From a bacterium (GTDB lineage Bacteria > Hinthialibacterota > Hinthialibacteria > Hinthialibacterales > Hinthialibacteraceae), in contig CAXXMV010000006.1 in the NCBI GenBank assembly GCA_963662285.2, positions 1,728,001 through 1,792,000 of the forward strand: 64,000 nucleotides of DNA, written 5' to 3'. Shown here piece by piece: positions 59,840-64,000 of the stretch (position 1 is the stretch's first letter; every line of letters starts with the position of its first letter). Both the position numbers and the translations under genes were made by a program. The notes under the pieces were generated by a model that saw only the letters and a list, made by a program, of their open reading frames with translations, was not told the DNA's origin and did not search any database.

Positions 59840-61351
59840 ATGCGTAGAATTCCTATGTCTATTTGGATTATAGCAGCTCTGTCTTTTATAGTGAGGTTGA
59901 CATTGGTTTGGCTCAATAAAGCCGAATATACCGATGGCGTTATTCAGTTGGAATTATTGCAGAGTCCGGTCGTCTTTTTCCCTCCTGGATATTCAGCCGC
60001 CGTATGGTCGATTGATGGAATTCTGGGCAACCTGCTTTATTCCGGCCGTATCACCTCAGTTTTGGCGTCAACCGGTTCCGTGATAGTATGCTTCCTTCTG
60101 GCCAGAAGGATTTTGAACCATGAGCGCACCGCAGTTATCGCTGCTTTATTGCTCACCCTATCCCCCATATTCAATCGATGGTCTATAAGGGTGATGACTG
60201 ATTCTCTATTTTTACTGGTTTTCTTGATTTGTTGCTTGCAATACATGAATCTTCTGGCGAATCCTAAGAAATCACCAATTCGCTTTCTGGGCTGGATCGG
60301 CATCGCCTGTCTGGTTCGTTATCAGGGATTATATTTTATCCCGTTTTTCCTATATTTACTCTGGACGCGCAGAAAAGCCATAAAAGACTCTGGCATTGGC
60401 CGGCAGTTAATTCCGGCATTAGTTTCATTGACGCCCTGGGCGCTGCTGGGATTTTGGATTCTCATTCGCGGCTTTGGACATGCTCAACAATTCATTGACC
60501 GGGGTTCCTACGGTTTTTGGCTCACCTTATCGCTCTATTTTGGCATGTTTGAAACATATCTTATTTATTGGCCGTGGGTTATGACTTATGGAGCGTTTAT
60601 CTTGGGTTGTTGCGGCATCTTTTTGATTAGCCGGAACAATGGTCTGGAAAAGCGCTTTGCGCTTTTTATGTTAATTACGGCTGTAGTTTTTCTGGTAGTT
60701 CATAGTTGTTTCCTGTCCTTTCAATATAGATACCTGTTGCCCCTGGTTCCTTTGTGGTGCATCGCCGCAGCCCGTGGATGGGTGGAGATGGAATTAAGCA
60801 TTCCACAGAAATATGTTAACCTGCTGAAAATACTTATTATTACCAATATGGTTGTAATGAGTGCATCGGTGCTCTATTTTCAACGCGCCGCGTTCGGTGA
60901 TATCGCCGATTCAGCTCGTTTTATTAATTCCGCAAAATTCAAACGCATGGTTGAAGATGATTCCCGTATTCTGTCCGACGAGATATACCGCCAGGGCGTT
61001 TATAACGTAAAGATGAAATTCTGGGCGGGGCAGGGCGCCGGAATTCATTTCTATCCCATGACTGAGCCGAGAGTCAATGATGTGGTGATCCTGCATAATA
61101 CTTATTCGGACCTGGTTGAAGAGAAAAAACGCCTGGAACAAAAGTTCGATTTATCTGTTATGCAAACCTGGTCATCCAGAAATATATGGGGAGATTACAC
61201 CTCACTGCCATTGCTGCCGGATATTATGGTCAATCCTGATAAGGTTTCACTTACCAGCAATCCTCCATGCATGGCTTTCAGATTCTCTCCTCAGACATAT
61301 TATTCTGTTGCGCTGATGCTGAAGGATAAACGTTTACCGGAAAGTAAGTAA
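59840..61351 (+). CDS. GT-C membrane glycosyltransferase (ArnT/PMT_2, GT39/83-like)
   Basis: YTDG...FPPGYS, GRITS, VMTDSLF, LVRYQG, YRYLLPLVP; many TMs. Confidence 0.8.
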   Translation: MRRIPMSIWIIAALSFIVRLTLVWLNKAEYTDGVIQLELLQSPVVFFPPGYSAAVWSIDGILGNLLYSGRITSVLASTGSVIVCFLLARRILNHERTAVIAALLLTLSPIFNRWSIRVMTDSLFLLVFLICCLQYMNLLANPKKSPIRFLGWIGIACLVRYQGLYFIPFFLYLLWTRRKAIKDSGIGRQLIPALVSLTPWALLGFWILIRGFGHAQQFIDRGSYGFWLTLSLYFGMFETYLIYWPWVMTYGAFILGCCGIFLISRNNGLEKRFALFMLITAVVFLVVHSCFLSFQYRYLLPLVPLWCIAAARGWVEMELSIPQKYVNLLKILIITNMVVMSASVLYFQRAAFGDIADSARFINSAKFKRMVEDDSRILSDEIYRQGVYNVKMKFWAGQGAGIHFYPMTEPRVNDVVILHNTYSDLVEEKKRLEQKFDLSVMQTWSSRNIWGDYTSLPLLPDIMVNPDKVSLTSNPPCMAFRFSPQTYYSVALMLKDKRLPESK

Positions 61352-61354
61352 AAA

Positions 61355-62443
61355 ATGAGAATATGCTATATCGGAGATGGTCAGTCGGTTCACAATCATT
61401 TCATGATCGATTGGTTTCGCAAACGCGGTCATTCCCTTTTGTTTTTGACTGATACGCCAGAATACAGTCCTGATTGCGAGGTCAAAGCAGTGGTTAAGCG
61501 TCACGGTGGAGGACCGTTGCGCCATTTACTCGCCGGATGGAGAGTCCGCTCCATGATTCGCCAGTGGAAGCCGGACATCGTACATGCGCACAACGTTACG
61601 GGATATGGATATTGGGGGGCGATGTCTGGCTTTTCTCCATTGGTCATGACTTCGTGGGGTTCAGACTTGATGATTTTCGCCAAAAACAGCCTGTTGGTTA
61701 GAATAATGGCGCAATTGTCCCTGCGCCGCGCTGACCTGATTACAGCTGACGCCAATGATTTATGCGATACAGCTGCTCAATTAGCGGGTAATAAAGCGGA
61801 TGTGCGCTTGCTTCAGTGGGGAGTCGATTTAGATGAATTTGATAAGGAAATCACTGAAACTGTTAGAGATAATTACCGCGATGGAAAAGAGATCGTTTTC
61901 CTAAGTACGCGTCGTTTGAGGCCTATTTATAATATTGACGTCATTATAAAAGCCTACGCATCAATTAAAGATAAGTTGCCGCCTAGCAGGTTAATTGTTG
62001 TGGGTGATGATTTTCTAAGCGAAGAATTGAAGAATTTAAGTAAAGACCTGAACGTTGAGCGGAATCTCTATTTCACTGGCTGGTTGGAGCGCGATGAGTA
62101 TGTAAATATCATGAAATCAGCCGATATTTTTATATCCATTCCTACCAGCGACAGTACGGCGTTGTCGTTGTTGGAGGCGTTCGCGGCGCGTTCGGCGGTT
62201 ATTACCGGCGATCTTCGAGCCAATAGAGAGTGGATTACAGATCACGAAAACGGATTGCTGGTCGAACCACAAAATATAGAAGCATTATCTGACGCGATGG
62301 TGGATGCCGCTTCTGATCCAGAGCGCATTAACCAATGGGGCGCAATGAACCGTATTATGGTTGAAGACCGGGGAGAGCGTCAAAAAGAGATGCTGCGTTT
62401 AGAAAGGATGTATGAGGAATTATTATGCAAAAAGAAAACATGA
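61355..62443 (+). CDS. Glycosyltransferase family 4
   Basis: KPDIVHAH, TSWGSD, WGVD, SLLEAFA, NREWITDHENGLLV. Confidence 0.9.
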   Translation: MRICYIGDGQSVHNHFMIDWFRKRGHSLLFLTDTPEYSPDCEVKAVVKRHGGGPLRHLLAGWRVRSMIRQWKPDIVHAHNVTGYGYWGAMSGFSPLVMTSWGSDLMIFAKNSLLVRIMAQLSLRRADLITADANDLCDTAAQLAGNKADVRLLQWGVDLDEFDKEITETVRDNYRDGKEIVFLSTRRLRPIYNIDVIIKAYASIKDKLPPSRLIVVGDDFLSEELKNLSKDLNVERNLYFTGWLERDEYVNIMKSADIFISIPTSDSTALSLLEAFAARSAVITGDLRANREWITDHENGLLVEPQNIEALSDAMVDAASDPERINQWGAMNRIMVEDRGERQKEMLRLERMYEELLCKKKT

Positions 62444-63060
62444 TTTTTTTTGATGATCTAGCAGCAACTTATGAAGACCGGCCTGGTTTGGTTGATTTAA
62501 TGAGGGATATTGGAGAATCCATGGTCAAAGAGGCTAAACCGGCCCAAGACTGGGACATCCTGGATTATGGATGCGGTACCGGATTGATATCGTTATACTT
62601 ACTGCCGCATGTCAGAAGCGTTGTTGGAGCGGATAGTTCAGAAAATATGCTGGCTGAACTCCACAAGAAGATTGATAACCAGCATATTGAATCAATCAAA
62701 ACTATCAAACTCGATTTATGCCAAGACCCTATACCGCAAGAACGTTATCACGCCATTGTAATCAGCATGGCGCTGCATCATGTGTTTGACACGCAAGAAC
62801 TTATATCCCAATTCCACCAGCTGCTGCATCCAGGAGGCGTATTATGCATCGCTGATCTGGATGCGGAGCCGGGAACCTTTCATGGCGATCCCAACGCCGC
62901 CTTCCATAATGGCTTTGAGCGTGAAGATTTGATAAATCAAGTAAATAACATAGGTTTTTGTAACGCAAAGGCAACCTCAGCCGCTAACCTTAATAAACTA
63001 GATGATGATGGCGTTAAAAGGGATTATTCCATTTTTCTAATAACCTGCCGGAAAGCATAG
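62425..63060 (+). CDS. Class I SAM-dependent methyltransferase
   Basis: LDYGCGTG, GADSSENML, SMALHHV, PGGVLCIADL, HNGF. Confidence 0.9.
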   Translation: MQKENMIFFDDLAATYEDRPGLVDLMRDIGESMVKEAKPAQDWDILDYGCGTGLISLYLLPHVRSVVGADSSENMLAELHKKIDNQHIESIKTIKLDLCQDPIPQERYHAIVISMALHHVFDTQELISQFHQLLHPGGVLCIADLDAEPGTFHGDPNAAFHNGFEREDLINQVNNIGFCNAKATSAANLNKLDDDGVKRDYSIFLITCRKA

Positions 63061-63133
63061 GCGATACATAAACATAAAAACGGCAGTTAGATAGTAATTA
63101 TAACGCTAAATGGAAATCTAAGGTTGTATCAAA

Positions 63134-63288
63134 CAACCCCCTCTTGAATTCTCCCCCAAACTTGGGGGAGAGGGGTTTTGGATATAAATGGTTGTATTAT
63201 TATGACTTAGGTATACAATATGATGTAGTCATACATTCCTCTCCCAAGACTGGGAGAGGTTAGGAGAGGGTTGATATAAACCACCCTC
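63134..63288. repeat. REP cluster, same family as 28941 and 55812
   Basis: ctcccccaaacttgggggagagggg and cctctcccaagactgggagaggttaggagaggg. Confidence 0.75.
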
Positions 63289-63371
63289 GCAAAGCAATAA
63301 CCAACCAGCGGAGGGGCAGAGTGGGTACGATTTCATCATTACTTAAACGGGCATCTTGGTTAATTAAACTG

Positions 63372-64000
63372 ATGTGGCGGGAACGCCCTAATATAATCAA
63401 TAATCCTATCATACTGCGCGAATTGGTCGCGCAACTACGTAAAAAGCAATCCTTCTTCTATCTGTTTCTATTTGTAGGCGCTGGAATTCTGTCGTTTCTT
63501 GGTTTCTGGAATTCTTTTCTTAATTATAAAAGTATTTACTCACGTGACTTTACCCGTGAGTTTTTAATAGGATTAACTTTGATTCAAGGTGTAATTCTTC
63601 TACTAATCGCACCATTACTCAGCGCTACAGCATTTTGTCTGGAGAAAGAGCGGGAAACCTGGGATTTACTCAGAACCTCGCCTATCAATCTAGCCAGCAT
63701 TTTATTAGGCAAGTTTATATCATCGATTCTGTTTGTATGGATCATTATGTTATCCATGATCCCGGTATTCAGTTTGATTATGCCTTTTGGCGGGGTATCT
63801 CCAGCAGAGATAACCGCAATTTTCTGTGTATTCACTGAAGGCATCATCATCGCCACTTTGATAGGTCTGTACTGCTCAATCAGGTGGAAGAAGACGATAC
63901 AAGCCATTTCGTTCTCATATATATTCTGTTTTATCTATTTCCTGGCCTTGCCTATTGCGCCTGCTTTCTTTTTGCGCCGTTATGATGAGTTAGGAGTAAT
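63372..64000 (+). CDS. ABC-2 type transporter permease, 3'-truncated by window edge (absent from the ORF track)
   Basis: Manual translation: MWRERPNIINNPIILRELVAQLR...APLLSATAFCLEKERETWDLLRTSPINLASILLGKF...PFGGVSP. Confidence 0.88.
   Translation, partial: MWRERPNIINNPIILRELVAQLRKKQSFFYLFLFVGAGILSFLGFWNSFLNYKSIYSRDFTREFLIGLTLIQGVILLLIAPLLSATAFCLEKERETWDLLRTSPINLASILLGKFISSILFVWIIMLSMIPVFSLIMPFGGVSPAEITAIFCVFTEGIIIATLIGLYCSIRWKKTIQAISFSYIFCFIYFLALPIAPAFFLRRYDELGV

Overview
A ~64 kb AT-rich (roughly 40-45% GC by eye) chromosomal window from a diderm bacterium. The gene families suggest a poorly cultured PVC/BRC1-neighbour lineage such as Sumerlaeota/OLB16/Hinthialibacter-like organisms (inference). 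These families include expanded 'GFTLIELLIVVAIIGILAAIAVPNFLNAQ' prepilins, Tat-exported Gfo/Idh/MocA oxidoreductases with HEAT/DUF1080 partners, and PT-linker surface proteins. Housekeeping content: dapL (partial), rnhA, tilS, pcm, gatC, ribF, proS, rseP, tRNA-Glu(TTC) and tRNA-Arg(CCT). The most notable accessory content is as follows. (1) A 14.5-21 kb locus of three secreted acidic proteins that all end in the same C-terminal motif (NP-x4-5-S[VI]xxWEL[HQ]-stop), next to a prepilin-like gene bracketed by 23-bp direct repeats; this is a candidate protein-sorting/pilin-cassette system. Two of the genes also share orphan GAAAGGAGG leader motifs and near-identical terminators. (2) A 12-kb phosphorelay cluster whose first membrane sensor has no output domain and ends in a 'VGREHKMIELKKEIN' coiled coil. 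(3) An isolated actAB pair (alternative complex III without ActC-F). (4) Gfo/HEAT/DUF1080 glycoside-oxidation modules. (5) A C-type-lectin x4/LamG surface protein. (6) Several MITE/REP families, one of which brackets a GyrI gene with TA-ended inverted repeats. No CRISPR array, rRNA, integrase, transposase or reverse transcriptase was seen. All product calls come from motif recognition, not database searches.
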